Shown: piece by piece, positions 11,770 to 23,855 of the stretch
How positions within the stretch are numbered: the stretch's first letter is position 1
Layout: every line of letters starts with the position of its first letter
Assembly (NCBI GenBank): GCA_013115125.1
Contig: JABANN010000062.1
Span: 1 to 64,000 of the forward strand
Direction: 5' to 3'
Source: Perkinsus olseni
Taxonomy: Eukaryota
Length of the DNA: 64,000 nt
The notes under the pieces: generated by a model
Database searches by the model: none
What the model was told of the DNA's origin: nothing
What the model saw: the letters and a program-made list of their open reading frames with translations, nothing else
Made by a program: the position numbers and the translations under genes

Positions 11770-13299
11770 TTACCAGTATCCGAGGAGCCACCAGTAGCCA
11801 AAGCCAATGGTAACAAGATTAACCAAGTTGATCGCCATCACAATAGCACCGACGACCCACCACTGCTTTGCCGTGACATACCCTAAACCGTAGTAAGCAG
11901 GGTTGGCTGAGCTCGTGTAAGGAGTTAGATGGCCACATACGGTCGACCAAGCTAAAGCCCGGCATACGACCTGAGCACTGACACCAGCCTCCTCAGCAAC
12001 GAGCACAGCGGCTACGAAGAGCGCCGAGACATGCGCTGTGATTGAGGCGAAGCCGTATTGTGTGACGTAGAATACGACACAGACCAAGACCAGGCACGGG
12101 TAGGGCGGGAGTGAGCTGAAGTCTATGCGAGCCGCCAGCCATTCGAAGAAGCCTTTCTTCTTTAGCTCAGTGGCGAACGTCAGTAAAATGGAAAACCACA
12201 AAAATAAATCAAACGCTGCAGTGTTGCAGATGATATGGTCCTTCAGAGAAAGTACGCCGAGAAGCAAAAGCACAGCAACGCCCATCGCTGCTACTCCGGT
12301 CATTGAGAAGGGGAAGACACTGGGCATAGTCGAAGACAAAATCCATAACCCTAGTACGCCTAAGAAGCATATAAGCATAGTCCACTCGCGAACCGACAAA
12401 GGCCCCATCGCCTCGAGGCGCGACTGAGCGACCCCCGGGGCCTCCGGTGTTCTACGTATTTCCGGCTTGACGAGCACAAGCATAACCAAAGGTATGAGCA
12501 AAAGGGACACCAAGGCCACTGGTGCTTGCGAGTAGGCCCAGCTGATCCAGGTCAGTTCAACACCGACTTCCTTCATAAATTGAAGCATCAGTGCGTTCCA
12601 TGCCCCACCCGTGAGCCAGCATGCAGCCACCGTAGCATTGGCGGTAATCTCAACCAAGACGATATAGCTGCCGATTCGCTGGGCAGTGTCAAGGTCAGGA
12701 TCTGACTGGAAGGCTTCTTTCATCAACGGCAGTAGGATAGGCATCATAACACCAACTCCTCTGGCCGAATTAGCGGGGATGGCTAAAGCGAGAACGAGCT
12801 CACAGAAGCAAATGCCGTAGCCAAGGCCAATAGTCGTGGAACCGGCATATTTCAGTATGATAAAACACATACGTTTCCCCAGCCCCGTAACCACAAAACC
12901 CGAGGCGAAGAAAGATGCGTACATGATTAACCACACGGAAGGGGACGAGAATCCAGAGAGCATCTCGGAGGTCGTGAGGACTCCTGTGGCTGATACCACT
13001 CCAATGCTGATAAGGCACACCGCCGATAACGGCAAAGGCTCCAGGATAGCCCCGACGATCGTACACATGAATAGCACAAAGAGTTGCCACACATCGGAGG
13101 CCAAGCCTGATGGGGCTAGCCACCAAAGGGCTAGTGCCAGCATCACGATGGCTAGAACGACTGGTATGTTGGCGCCTGGCCACACTGTGGCGTGCCAGTG
13201 GTGCAACCGGGCGAGGAAGGTTTTAGAGTTGCTGGCTTCTTTCATCAAGGCGACTGGTGGAGCTCGTTCAGCTCTGTGAGGTTTCAAAAGGCCTACCAT
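11770..13299 (-). CDS. DASS-family transporter, copy 2 (intronless)
   Basis: 509-aa ORF with LSGFSSPSVW, TGLGKR, IPANSARG, FASITAH, HLTPY..YYGLGYV. Confidence 0.93.
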   Translation of the reverse strand: MVGLLKPHRAERAPPVALMKEASNSKTFLARLHHWHATVWPGANIPVVLAIVMLALALWWLAPSGLASDVWQLFVLFMCTIVGAILEPLPLSAVCLISIGVVSATGVLTTSEMLSGFSSPSVWLIMYASFFASGFVVTGLGKRMCFIILKYAGSTTIGLGYGICFCELVLALAIPANSARGVGVMMPILLPLMKEAFQSDPDLDTAQRIGSYIVLVEITANATVAACWLTGGAWNALMLQFMKEVGVELTWISWAYSQAPVALVSLLLIPLVMLVLVKPEIRRTPEAPGVAQSRLEAMGPLSVREWTMLICFLGVLGLWILSSTMPSVFPFSMTGVAAMGVAVLLLLGVLSLKDHIICNTAAFDLFLWFSILLTFATELKKKGFFEWLAARIDFSSLPPYPCLVLVCVVFYVTQYGFASITAHVSALFVAAVLVAEEAGVSAQVVCRALAWSTVCGHLTPYTSSANPAYYGLGYVTAKQWWVVGAIVMAINLVNLVTIGFGYWWLLGYW

Positions 13300-13592
13300 G
13301 AGTCACGGAGTGAAAAAATACGCTGCCGCTGACGCCAATTTGCGTAGAGAAATTAGCGCTCGCCCGGTTCTTAACGCGCCACGTCGCACCATCCGTCCTC
13401 GTCGAGGATGTGACAGTCAGCCCTGGACGCAAAAATCGGCGTCAGAATTATGCTTATTATCCCCCTTCCGCGAATGCTGTAGCAACCAAACACGGGGAAG
13501 TAAGAACAGTAATATCATTAAGGATTCGAGTGATGAGAAAAAATACTAACCCTGTGACATCGTAATCGTAGTGACACATGAAACAAGTCTTC

Positions 13593-16500
13593 TCAAGCGC
13601 AAGTCTTCTTGTGAACCTTCCAGTCCTGTCGCTGACACTTGACGTAGCAGTAATAAACATTCTTGCATCTAGAGCACAGCAAGGTGCCCGCCCCGCCGCA
13701 AGTTTGACAGCGACGCTTGTCCCTCGCAGGACCACCAGCACTTGTGGTAGCAGAAGGAACATTTCTCACGAGCGCTGGATTCTGAGGGCTACTTCACGGA
13801 GATATGTGGCTCAGCTTCGTCAAGGGTGAGTAGAGCGGGAACAACACTATAGGACTGAAATAGGACATACCTCGAGGGGACGTCGGCAGCCGGCTGCCAC
13901 CGAGCCAGGTTAACCAGAACTTCTGAGCCCTCTTGCAGTTCCGGCCATGATGTTCATCAGAGCCACAGACGCACTTGGGTGTACCAGAAAGTCCCCGAGT
14001 GACCCTGGCTAGTTCTGCCGCCGCCGGTAGGTACTGATCTCTCCACAGAGAAGCTTCACCGGAGCTCGGATCCAAAGATTCCGGCCGGATCTGCAGCGGG
14101 AGCGAGCCGAAGATTTCTGTGTTGGCTTTCTTCATAACCTCTTCCGTCAGGACACAAGCAGCGCCGTTGACGAGTAGCCCGTACGTCCAATCATAACGGA
14201 CCTCAGCCGATAGGAGAACCAGCACATCCGCTGACCCATCCTTGGCACGTAAGAGCACAGGGCCTCGACCGCCCCAGTACTTACCATGCACTCTGTCTCC
14301 CAGTACACGAGAATGACCATACTGAGCATTCAAGGTGTCCCGCAACTTGTACATTCCACATGCCTGACTAGCTCGAATCGGCAGGGGAATCGACCGGCTG
14401 TAGAGATCGAGGTTGAGCCAGCCGCCGGGCGACGACAAAGACCCCAACACTTCATCTGAAGCTCGCGGAAGAGGTCCTAAGTGACCGTCGGGAGACCCAT
14501 CAAGGATAGCCCGGGGGAGAGGCGTGTCCCTGCTCAATGGAGAGCACTGAGCTACCGGGATGGAAACGTCGAGGGTTCCACTCGTGCGACCGACCTTGAC
14601 GACAATGTCATCCAGAGAGACTGCAACTGGTAGGAACAGCGTGGCCACCTTAACGGCGTTGGCGGTAATGACGACCGCCCATGGCTGGTCCGGCAGCAGC
14701 TTCACATCAACCTTCTCGCGACGTTCCAAGGCGGCTCTCCTTTTCTCATCATTCACCTTCATGACGAAGTGCACAGTACCATTGCGTAGGCGCTCACGAG
14801 TGGGAAAGGTCAACCCCTCTTCGGATTCACTAGGGGCCTCCTGTTTTACAGGAGACCTGCCGTTAGCTCTCGAAGCACCATCAGGGACGGTTGTGATAGT
14901 AGCAGGGACCTCAATCAAGTCGCCAGCGCTATTACGCATGGACTTTAATGGAAGCAGCCTTACTAAAGCCGTTCCTATTTTCAGATCGTCCGGGACTAGA
15001 AGTCTGAACCCGTCCTTACTGACGCTGCAAACTGGAAAATTGACCACCTTGTCCGTGGTCGAATGGAGAACAGCCTCAGGGATCCTCACGTCCGGAAGCA
15101 TAGAGCTCTTCAAGTCAGTATTACGTTCCGATGGGCACTTACTGTCGGATACCAGGTGTACTTCCCGAAAGAATACTGAGTGGACGATAGACCGTGAAGG
15201 GGTAGCAGAGACTTCACCGCCGGCGTCAACAACCGGGCGTTCCCAGCTTGTGCGACCTCGGCAAGTAGACCGCACAGCTCCCCCACATCAACAAGGGAGC
15301 CCGAGGTGGCGAGCATATCCAAGAAACGCACCCAGGTCGAAATCCCGCAAGGCGAATCACGAATGGAGCGAGAACATCCACCAATGAAGTTCACGATGGC
15401 TGCCTTCAACTCTATGGACTGGCCGATGCTTATCTTCTCGAAGGTCGACTGGCACCGTCGCCATCGGACTGGTGTAGCGCCAAACATGCCAGGACTGAGT
15501 ATGGCAGCAGAGATGCTAACCGTTGACTGCGGGTATGCCGTCCACAGCCTGCTGAGATCACTCCTCGCAGCACTGTCGCAGGAGTTCTCCGCGTGCATGA
15601 AGTCCACCTGGAGTCCACAGGCGAGAGGGATCAACCACAGCGGCACCTCGCATAAGTGTCGCCGAAACAAGTCCTCATAACTATCTCCTTTCGGACTCAT
15701 CAAGTCTGTCGCCAACGTCGCTCGGCCGTTGTCACTCCGGTCAGCCAGAAGAGGACCGGCGGCAACCAACAGAGGCAAAAACATCGAATAGTCGGCAAGG
15801 TTCGAAGTGTCAATGATGTCAAATTTATGAGGGGCTTTAGCCCTTCCCAGATCCCTCGCTAGCTCTTCCACTTTTGGAACCTCACTCGGTAGCCAAGCCC
15901 GTGGCTGAGCAAGGAGTGCATCACAAAGGGCGAAAGCATCTCCGCAATTGAGCACAATTCGATGATCGACAACGCCATTCAAGGCAGCCACTAGAGCCGC
16001 AGACCGTTGACCAAAGAGCTCGAAGGCCCACTGCAAAGGAGTCGCGCCCTTTCCTTCGGGAGCCCTTATATACCGAGCCTTCGAGAAATGTGTTTCCTGC
16101 ATAAACTTCCTCAAGTTCCCGGGAATGCACATGTAGGGATTCATGTACACCTGGACACGCCAAACCTTAGCAATGGTCTCGGTCGTAGCACTTGTCGAGA
16201 GCGCGGTCTCGATAGCACGACGGAACTGGCAGGTATCCGCGAAGAAGGTGGGGTTGACGACAGTCCGACAAGCCCCTTTAGCCGGGGACAACGCGGAATC
16301 CCCATCGCTTGATGAGACCGAGGAAACACCAGCATAGCCAACTTCCCGATAGGAATGGACGTAGTTTTCGAAGGTCTTATCACCGTTGAATTGTGCAGCA
16401 GCAATCATGTCAGGCCACATGACGAGCATCTCGCCTTCTGTCGAGCCTCGCAAAAACCCACCGGTCTTCTTGAACCACGAAAGACGCACATTTTGATCCT

Positions 16501-17065
16501 TGCGTGCTACGTCATCACCGACACAATCGTCTTTCACTAGGGCACTCCACCACTCAAGAATGTCAACGACGGCTTGCCGGTCACCAGTGAGGGAGAGAGA
16601 TCTCCCGCTGCTCCGCTCGGACTTGAGGTGCTCAAGGATCCTAGCTACCGCCTTGGATAGGAGGGTCGAACACTGAGGCGTGATAAAGACAGAGTAAACC
16701 ACCTCCCAGGCCACGGTCACCGTCTTGGTGGAGAGCTCGGCACCAGCAGAGCTCAACAGTTCTAAGTAGACCAACGATCAAGCGATGACCGCAGGTTCCA
16801 CATCACAGCAGACTGCGTGGATAGGCGTATCCTGCCATGCTGCATCGGAGCCACAGGTCTTCGAAACCTGGTTAAGATACAGGGTGTGGGCCACTGACGA
16901 CAGATCACTGCAGCCCAGTAGCAATGCACGGGTAGGCAGAGACTTGCCAGCACCACGGGAACTCGCACAGAGGTCTCTGAGTGGGGTGTTGGCGAAGGGG
17001 TAGTAGTAGGTCCAGTTGCTGACAGTCGGGTCCAGCGGTGGGCAGCTGAGGGCGGTGGGGGCCAT
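13593..17065 (-). pseudogene. DUF4470-domain + C-terminal MYND zinc-finger gene with two in-frame TGA codons (pseudogene or recoded)
   Basis: N-terminus YYYPFANTP..LLLGCSDL..CCDVEPAVIA*SLVYL (DUF4470-like); FDIIDTSNLADY; probable 35-nt intron 15108-15142 (GTAAGT..CTGAC..AAG) joins the two long ORFs in phase; after the TGA at 13794-13796 the same frame continues to CQTCGGAGTLLCSRCKNVYYCYVKCQRQDWKVHKKTCA* (MYND, stop 13593-13595). Confidence 0.8.
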
Positions 17066-18190
17066 CGTGGCGAGGGAAAACTAAAGAGAATGGCGCCTCT
17101 AGTGAAAAAGCGATGGAACAAGGCGAGTAACTTGAGACGTTCTGGTCGGCCGTTATTATTGATAGGAAATGGACTGATGAAGTACATAGCCGTCATACGA
17201 ATGGTTCACATCATCTTCAACTGCGTGTCATTTCAGTAATTCAGGAGTCAAAATAACCAAAGCGACTTTCTTTGTGGGTGTTAGTGATTGACCAAGAGGA
17301 CGAACAACCAGGAACGCGATGCTACCAACGCGAGTCTAGCGGGACGCTAGCCAACCACAGCAGTGAAGGACGCAGATGGACTGAGAGCCTCAAGTCAGTG
17401 AGGCTCCTCAACGCCGCATGACAGTTTGCAAACTGGTCTGGTAGCGTGACATAGTACACAACCGGGACTGGCCGATTAGATTGCTCCGAGCAGAAGGCGA
17501 AGATCGCAACCCGAGGATTCCCTATAAATTCCTCGTACAAGTTGCTCAAGTTTGGAGTTCTCGCGTGCCCTCCGATGAGTCAGAAGCAGCCACGATACGA
17601 TCTCTTAACACGGTTCAACTGCTTTTACTGATGCGCCGGTACCGCTCAAGTTCAAATCCGGCCGCCAAAATCAACGGTCACCTGAGTGGGATCCACTAAC
17701 CCCCTCAGACGAGCGACGTACTAGGCTAGTAAACTCTGGCTCCACTCCTAAGCTTTGCCCCTCCCCCTACGTCCCAGAACTCTCCCAATTAACACAACCC
17801 CCTGATGCACTAAATTAGAAACTGTCTTTTCAGACTATGTGAAAGGCAGAAACGAACACGTAGCCGCACTTCTAGCGACTACTGATAATTCACATCGACG
17901 TTAAGAAGATCTCGGTCTTTGAATAGAGTAGTTGCGCATGAGCGACAACAAGACCGGTCTATCGTACGTAAACAGATAGCATGCGCCTCGAGCCAGTGAA
18001 ACCACCGGCTGAGGACTTATAACAACAGCGAATAACAAGTACAAGCGTAGATAGCCAAGCTGTGACAGACAGGCTTTTACAGCCAAGCATCCTTCAGTTG
18101 GTTATGGGATAGCGCCAAATAAATATCACATCTTGATAATACTCTACCTAATTTCTCACTAGACTGATGATAGCCAACATATGCTGTTGC

Positions 18191-19756
18191 TTACCAGAAG
18201 CCAAGCAACCACCAATAACCCCAGCACACCGTGTTCATGACAACTATGTTCACAACCATCACGATGACACCTTGGAACCACCAGAGCTTCAATGGGACGT
18301 ACCCGAGGTTGAAGAAAGGCGGATTGGTGGAGCTCGTGTAGTGAGTTAGATGTCCAGATAGAGTAGTATAAGCAAGGGCTCTGCATCCAAGCTCCATAGG
18401 AACACCAGCTGCCTGCATGATCTGCAGGAAGACTGGGAACATAGCGGACACATGGGCAGTGATACTTGCGAAAAGATACTGCGACACGTAGAAGATAGCC
18501 GTGCAAATCCATACGCTTCCGTAAGCCGCCACACTCGACAAATCGATTTTCTCGGCAAACCACTCAAAGAAGCCGGTCTCCTTCAGCTCGGTGGCCAACA
18601 TCAGCAAGACGCCGAACCAAAGGAACAAATCCCAAGCTCCGCTGTTGTTCACAATATCCCTCTTCACATCGAGAATACCAGTCATGAGCAGCACACTAAG
18701 GCCTAGCATAGCCACACCAGTAGTCGTATAGGGCACACTATCAACCGAGGAAGATACGATCCAGAGGATGATGATCAGAGCGAAAACACCAAGCATGACG
18801 ATCTCAAAGGCACTAATGCGTCCCATCTCGTTCAACTTCTCGTTGGCCAACTTCTTAGCCTGGGGAGTTTTCTTGATCTGGGGAGGGAAGAGGAAGTACA
18901 GGATGATAGGAGCATAGATCAACGGCAAAACACCAACCGGCGCCATACTGTAGGCCCACTGACCCCAATTGATCTTCACGCCAACTGCTTCCATGAAGTT
19001 GGCCATCATAGCATTCCAGGCACCACCCGTCAACCAGCACACAGAGGAGGTGGTATTGGCAACGATCTCGACCATAATCATGTACATGCCAATAGACTTC
19101 TCTGTACCCAACGCGGGATCGGATTGGAAACCTTCCTTGAGCAGAGGCTCCAAGATCGGCAGTAGGATACCCGCACCTCTTGCAGTGGACGAGGGAATTG
19201 CCATAGCCAAGATGAACTCGCAAATACAGAAAGCATAAGCGAGTCCAAGAGTGGTCGAGCCGATGTACTTTAGAATAATGAAACATAACCGCTTGCCCAA
19301 ACCGGTGGTGACGAAACCGCTTGCAATGAAGCATGCGAAGACAATCAACCATACGGTATCGTTACCGAATCCGGACAGAATCTGCGCAGTTGTCAGAATA
19401 TTAGTTAATGTACAGAAACCCAACGCGACCAGGCAAATACCGGACATCGGGATGGGCTCTGTAACAGCACCAATGATAGTGACCAAGAACGTGACGAAGA
19501 CTTGCCATGTATGGGGACTCAGATCACTTGGATTAGCCCACCATAGGGCCAAGATGAGGATAATCAACATCAGCAATATGGGGAGGTTGATACCGGGCCA
19601 CTTGTTCTTGTGCCAATCAAGGAACTTCCTGACAACGCTTCCACCAGGGACCTTGTCCCATTTTGAAGGAACCACCTTCTCCTCAACAGCAGGCGATTTA
19701 CTCTCAGTCAAAGGAAGCACTGGTTGATCGGCCACCGGCGCAGACTCAGCGGACAT
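18191..19756 (-). CDS. DASS-family transporter, copy 3 (intronless)
   Basis: 521-aa ORF; LSGFGNDTVW, IPSSTARGAG, FASITAH, YTTLSGHLTHY. Confidence 0.93.
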   Translation of the reverse strand: MSAESAPVADQPVLPLTESKSPAVEEKVVPSKWDKVPGGSVVRKFLDWHKNKWPGINLPILLMLIILILALWWANPSDLSPHTWQVFVTFLVTIIGAVTEPIPMSGICLVALGFCTLTNILTTAQILSGFGNDTVWLIVFACFIASGFVTTGLGKRLCFIILKYIGSTTLGLAYAFCICEFILAMAIPSSTARGAGILLPILEPLLKEGFQSDPALGTEKSIGMYMIMVEIVANTTSSVCWLTGGAWNAMMANFMEAVGVKINWGQWAYSMAPVGVLPLIYAPIILYFLFPPQIKKTPQAKKLANEKLNEMGRISAFEIVMLGVFALIIILWIVSSSVDSVPYTTTGVAMLGLSVLLMTGILDVKRDIVNNSGAWDLFLWFGVLLMLATELKETGFFEWFAEKIDLSSVAAYGSVWICTAIFYVSQYLFASITAHVSAMFPVFLQIMQAAGVPMELGCRALAYTTLSGHLTHYTSSTNPPFFNLGYVPLKLWWFQGVIVMVVNIVVMNTVCWGYWWLLGFW

Positions 19757-21249
19757 CTTTGCGATGGGGCTTTAACAAATAAAATCTGAAATAATAAAAT
19801 ACGATGGATCACGAAAGTGAGCACTAGGCCGCTCCACACACAAACAAGAGACCTACATTATCGCATACCGAATCCAACTCCTCACACTGAAAGACCAACG
19901 CGATGATAGCCCAAGCGATCCTCATGAATACGCTTCCTGCTCACAACCCGACTCATGTCGTACGACGTTAAAGGAATGCAACCCACCGATCTAGCGAGCA
20001 TCAATATCTTGGCGCTAGTCTAGCGTCGACACAAAGAGACTATCGACCGCTGTCCCCTTCTTCACTGACCAGCGCCTCGGAGATCATTCTTAACGGGAAC
20101 TGTAGTCTATCCACTTCACGGCCTGCAAATTCCCTATGGTGAGGTCAGTGATCGGTTAAAAAATTGTCGTACAGTTGAAACGAACTAGACACACATCACC
20201 GTACTGTAAAACATCAACACTAAACCGTCTCGAGGTGTACTTTGGTTTTGGTAAGATCGATGCCGTCGGTCGTACCACTATGTCACGCTATGACATGCCC
20301 TGATAAAACCACCTCCGCAAGCCACGAGACAGGAAGAACAATTTCGACAAGACGTCAAACTACTATAATTCCGCCGTCACACCCAGAACAACTTCAATTT
20401 GACGGGTAGTACACCAATTTCGCTCGGCTCGAGCGAAAAATCCTATCTTAATCCAATAACGATCATCGATCACGGACCCCATAGCGGCCCGCCCGGCGGT
20501 GTCAACCCTACTAGAACCGAAATAGACCTTCACAGGGGCTAGACAAAACACTACGCACACATTTCATCGTCCCGAACGTCACGCATTCCAAACTCGAATG
20601 GTAACCATGCCCAATCACGCTCCTCTGAGGAGGACAACTGAGCTAATACCGCGCTACGTCTCGAGATTATCCGGGCCGCAGTAAAAAACACCGACAGCCC
20701 CAATATTGATGAACTCAAGCCTTGAGAGATAGAGATCAATCCCCAGAGGAAGATTTATTGCTTTAAACAAACTATCAATGAACCCCAGGTGGTCAGTACA
20801 CCAACTGACCTTGAGAATAGAACACATTGGGACATTCTTCAATGGTCCCATGGGCAATGAGAGCGCCCTATTGTAAGCCCGATTGTACCATGTACTTCGG
20901 GAAATAAGAGTAACAACCTGCTTTCTATCCGAAAGCAGCATAAACGTGATGAAAAGGAATATCGCAGTACCTATATTATAGTAGGAGCAAAGTAACACTA
21001 TCACTACAATATCGTCGTAACCACAGAGCGAACCACGAGGACGGAAGAATGCAATCCTCGATGCTCATAGTTCTAAACATTGTTATCAGTCATGAACTTT
21101 ACCAAAACAAGCATAAACCAACAGGGTCATATACGGCCACATGTGGGCATGCCGAGGAAGTGAGGCTATGAACAGTGTGGATAGTGATATACTGGACAGC
21201 GAGAGAATTCAAAATATTATATTCGAAAACATCGCCGGCTGGACACCCT

Positions 21250-22821
21250 TTACCAGAACCCAAGCAACCACCAATATCCCCAACATACTGTGTTAAGGAC
21301 GATCAAGTTGATGATCATGACGATCAAACCTTGTAGCCACCAACGACCCATGGGTACGTACTTCAAGTTGAAGTAAGGTGGATTGGTAGAACTTGTGTAC
21401 TGGGTAAGATGACCAGATAAAGTAGTGTACGCAAGTGCACGCGCGCCTAGCTGCATTGGTACTCCAGCTCTCTGCATAATCTGCAGGAAGACTGGGAACA
21501 TAGCGGACACATGGGCAGTGATACTTGCAAAGAGGTACTGTGATATATAAAAGATTGCAGTGCAAATCCATACACTGAGATACGCGGGAACACTCGACAA
21601 ATCAATTAGCGTAGCAAACCACTCAAAGAAGCCGGTTTCCTTCAACTCGGTGGCCAACATCAGCAAGACACCGAACCAAAGGAACAAATCCCAGGCCCCC
21701 TTGTTGGCGACAATATCCTTCTTCACATCGAGAATACCGGTCATAAGCAGGACGCTCAAACCGAGAATGGCCACACCAGTAGTGCTATACGGCACGAAGG
21801 CGATAGAAGAAGAGACAATCCACAGGATAATAACCATGAGGAACACCAGAGCCATGACAGCTTCGAAAACTCCGATGCGACCCATCTCGGCCAATTTGTC
21901 ATTGGCCAACTGCTTGGCCTCTGGAGTCTTCTTGATCTCCGGGGGGTATAGGAAGAACAGTACAATGGGACCATAGATCAAAGGGAGAATCCCCGGGGGT
22001 GCCATACTATAAGCCCACTGACCCCAACTGAGATGCACTCCTACATCTGTCATGAAGTTGGCCATCATAGCATTCCAAGCGCCACCCGTTAACCAGCACA
22101 CAGAAGAGGTGGTATTGGCAACAATCTCGACCATAATCATGTACGAGCCGATTCTTCTTTCAGTTCCCAACGCGGGATCGGATTGGAAACCTTCCTTAAG
22201 AAGAGGTTCTATGATAGGTAGAAGGATACCTGCACCTCTTGCAGTGGACGAGGGAATTGCCATAGCCAAGATGAACTCGCAAATACAGAAAGCATAAGCG
22301 AGTCCAAGAGTGGTCGAGCCGATGTACTTTAGAATAATGAAACATAACCGCTTGCCCAAACCGGTGGTGACGAAACCGCTTGCAATGAAGCATGCGAAGA
22401 CAATCAACCATACGGTATCGTTACCGAATCCGGACAGAATCTGATCGGTCGTCAGAATATTGGTTACCGTGCAGAATCCTAGCGACACCAGGCAAATACC
22501 AGACATCGGAAGAGGTTCTGTGACAGCACCAATAATAGTGACCAAGAACGTAACGAACACCTGCCAAGTGTGGATGCCCAAACCGCTGGGTGGTATCCAC
22601 CAGAGAACCAGAACGATAATGACCAAGATAAGAAATGTGGGTATCTTGATACCCGGCCACTTGTTCTTCTCCCAATCATTGAACTTTCTCAGGTAAGTAA
22701 TGCCTGGGATCTTATCGATGGTTCTCTTCCAGAGGGACGGTGGCTTCACCTCCTTAGCGGGACTGTCGGATTCGGATAAAGGCAAAGTCGGCTCTTCAGA
22801 TTTAATGGAAAGGCTCGGCAT
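21250..22821 (-). CDS. DASS-family transporter, copy 4 (intronless)
   Basis: 523-aa ORF; same motifs as copy 3, its closest paralogue. Confidence 0.93.
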   Translation of the reverse strand: MPSLSIKSEEPTLPLSESDSPAKEVKPPSLWKRTIDKIPGITYLRKFNDWEKNKWPGIKIPTFLILVIIVLVLWWIPPSGLGIHTWQVFVTFLVTIIGAVTEPLPMSGICLVSLGFCTVTNILTTDQILSGFGNDTVWLIVFACFIASGFVTTGLGKRLCFIILKYIGSTTLGLAYAFCICEFILAMAIPSSTARGAGILLPIIEPLLKEGFQSDPALGTERRIGSYMIMVEIVANTTSSVCWLTGGAWNAMMANFMTDVGVHLSWGQWAYSMAPPGILPLIYGPIVLFFLYPPEIKKTPEAKQLANDKLAEMGRIGVFEAVMALVFLMVIILWIVSSSIAFVPYSTTGVAILGLSVLLMTGILDVKKDIVANKGAWDLFLWFGVLLMLATELKETGFFEWFATLIDLSSVPAYLSVWICTAIFYISQYLFASITAHVSAMFPVFLQIMQRAGVPMQLGARALAYTTLSGHLTQYTSSTNPPYFNLKYVPMGRWWLQGLIVMIINLIVLNTVCWGYWWLLGFW

Positions 22822-23855
22822 TGTCGAGGTAAAAAGAAAGAACTTGAACTAACGAACACGAAGTTAAGTCTTCCTGCACGATCTAGGGACAGACAAAACC
22901 GACCGGGCGATACGTAAGTAAGCGAGTGCTGCTACCGAGTCAGCTAACAGTGCTAGCAAAGTACACAAAGCTTAGTGTCCCCGAATCTGGGGCTCGGATC
23001 CGTCCTGCGTGAACATCGCGCGCGCCCGAAAATTCAGCCGTATCGCACGCAGTGGAGTCGTACCGGCGCTCTCGGGAGACCTCACTAACGCACACGCAAG
23101 CGTAGTCGAGTCTTCGACGACACCAAGAGAACCCCTATTCAGGTCACGACTCCCGACAGACAGTATTTGACCATACACCTTCTGAGTGCCAAGCAGGTAG
23201 AAAAAGAGAAGAACTTACACTCATGTTCGCACTGTGCAAAGCACGAGCCAACAAGACGCATGGAAACAGCATGGCCTCAGAATCTTCATGGTTAGTCACT
23301 TGTTCTAGGACACGGTACCAATAGCACTATCCCGATCGTCACGCCATTCCCAACAACACTACAACAACACAACACATGAGAGTAAATGAAGTGTAATAGT
23401 CACCTCTAATGACGTGCACTGAACGGTACTAACCTGAACAGTATCACGCCATTAATGCTTTACAAACCTTCAACTTGTACGACAGCAGGTAAGAGAAGGA
23501 TCGTCAAAGAACCTATTTACGGAAACAATCGTAGCTGACCAACAAGTGACAGGGAATGCATTCCTAGTCATAGTTGTTAAGGTACATCTGTACGGTGGTT
23601 TCACAATGCTGGATAACCAGCAACTAAAGAAGATACATTACACAACCGGATTCTCAAGCACGAGAGTTGTTAGTCACGTTATCCAGTAGTAGTAGAAGAA
23701 GAAGGAACAGTAGAAGAAGAAGGAACAGTAGAAGAAGAGACAGTGTTGTAAGAATAGTGCGATACACTATGATTGAGAGAAGACGAAAGAATCGTCTGGT
23801 CCCAGATATATAGTAATGATACGGGTTGAAAGTCTAGTATTCGGTACTAACCAGT

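Noticed and set aside
20363-21004. Short minus-strand ORFs between DASS copies 3 and 4
   Set aside because: No recognisable domain; may be a decayed gene but cannot be supported.
23690-23745. AGTAGAAGAAGAAGGAAC short tandem repeat
   Set aside because: Low-complexity repeat downstream of DASS copy 5; unremarkable.
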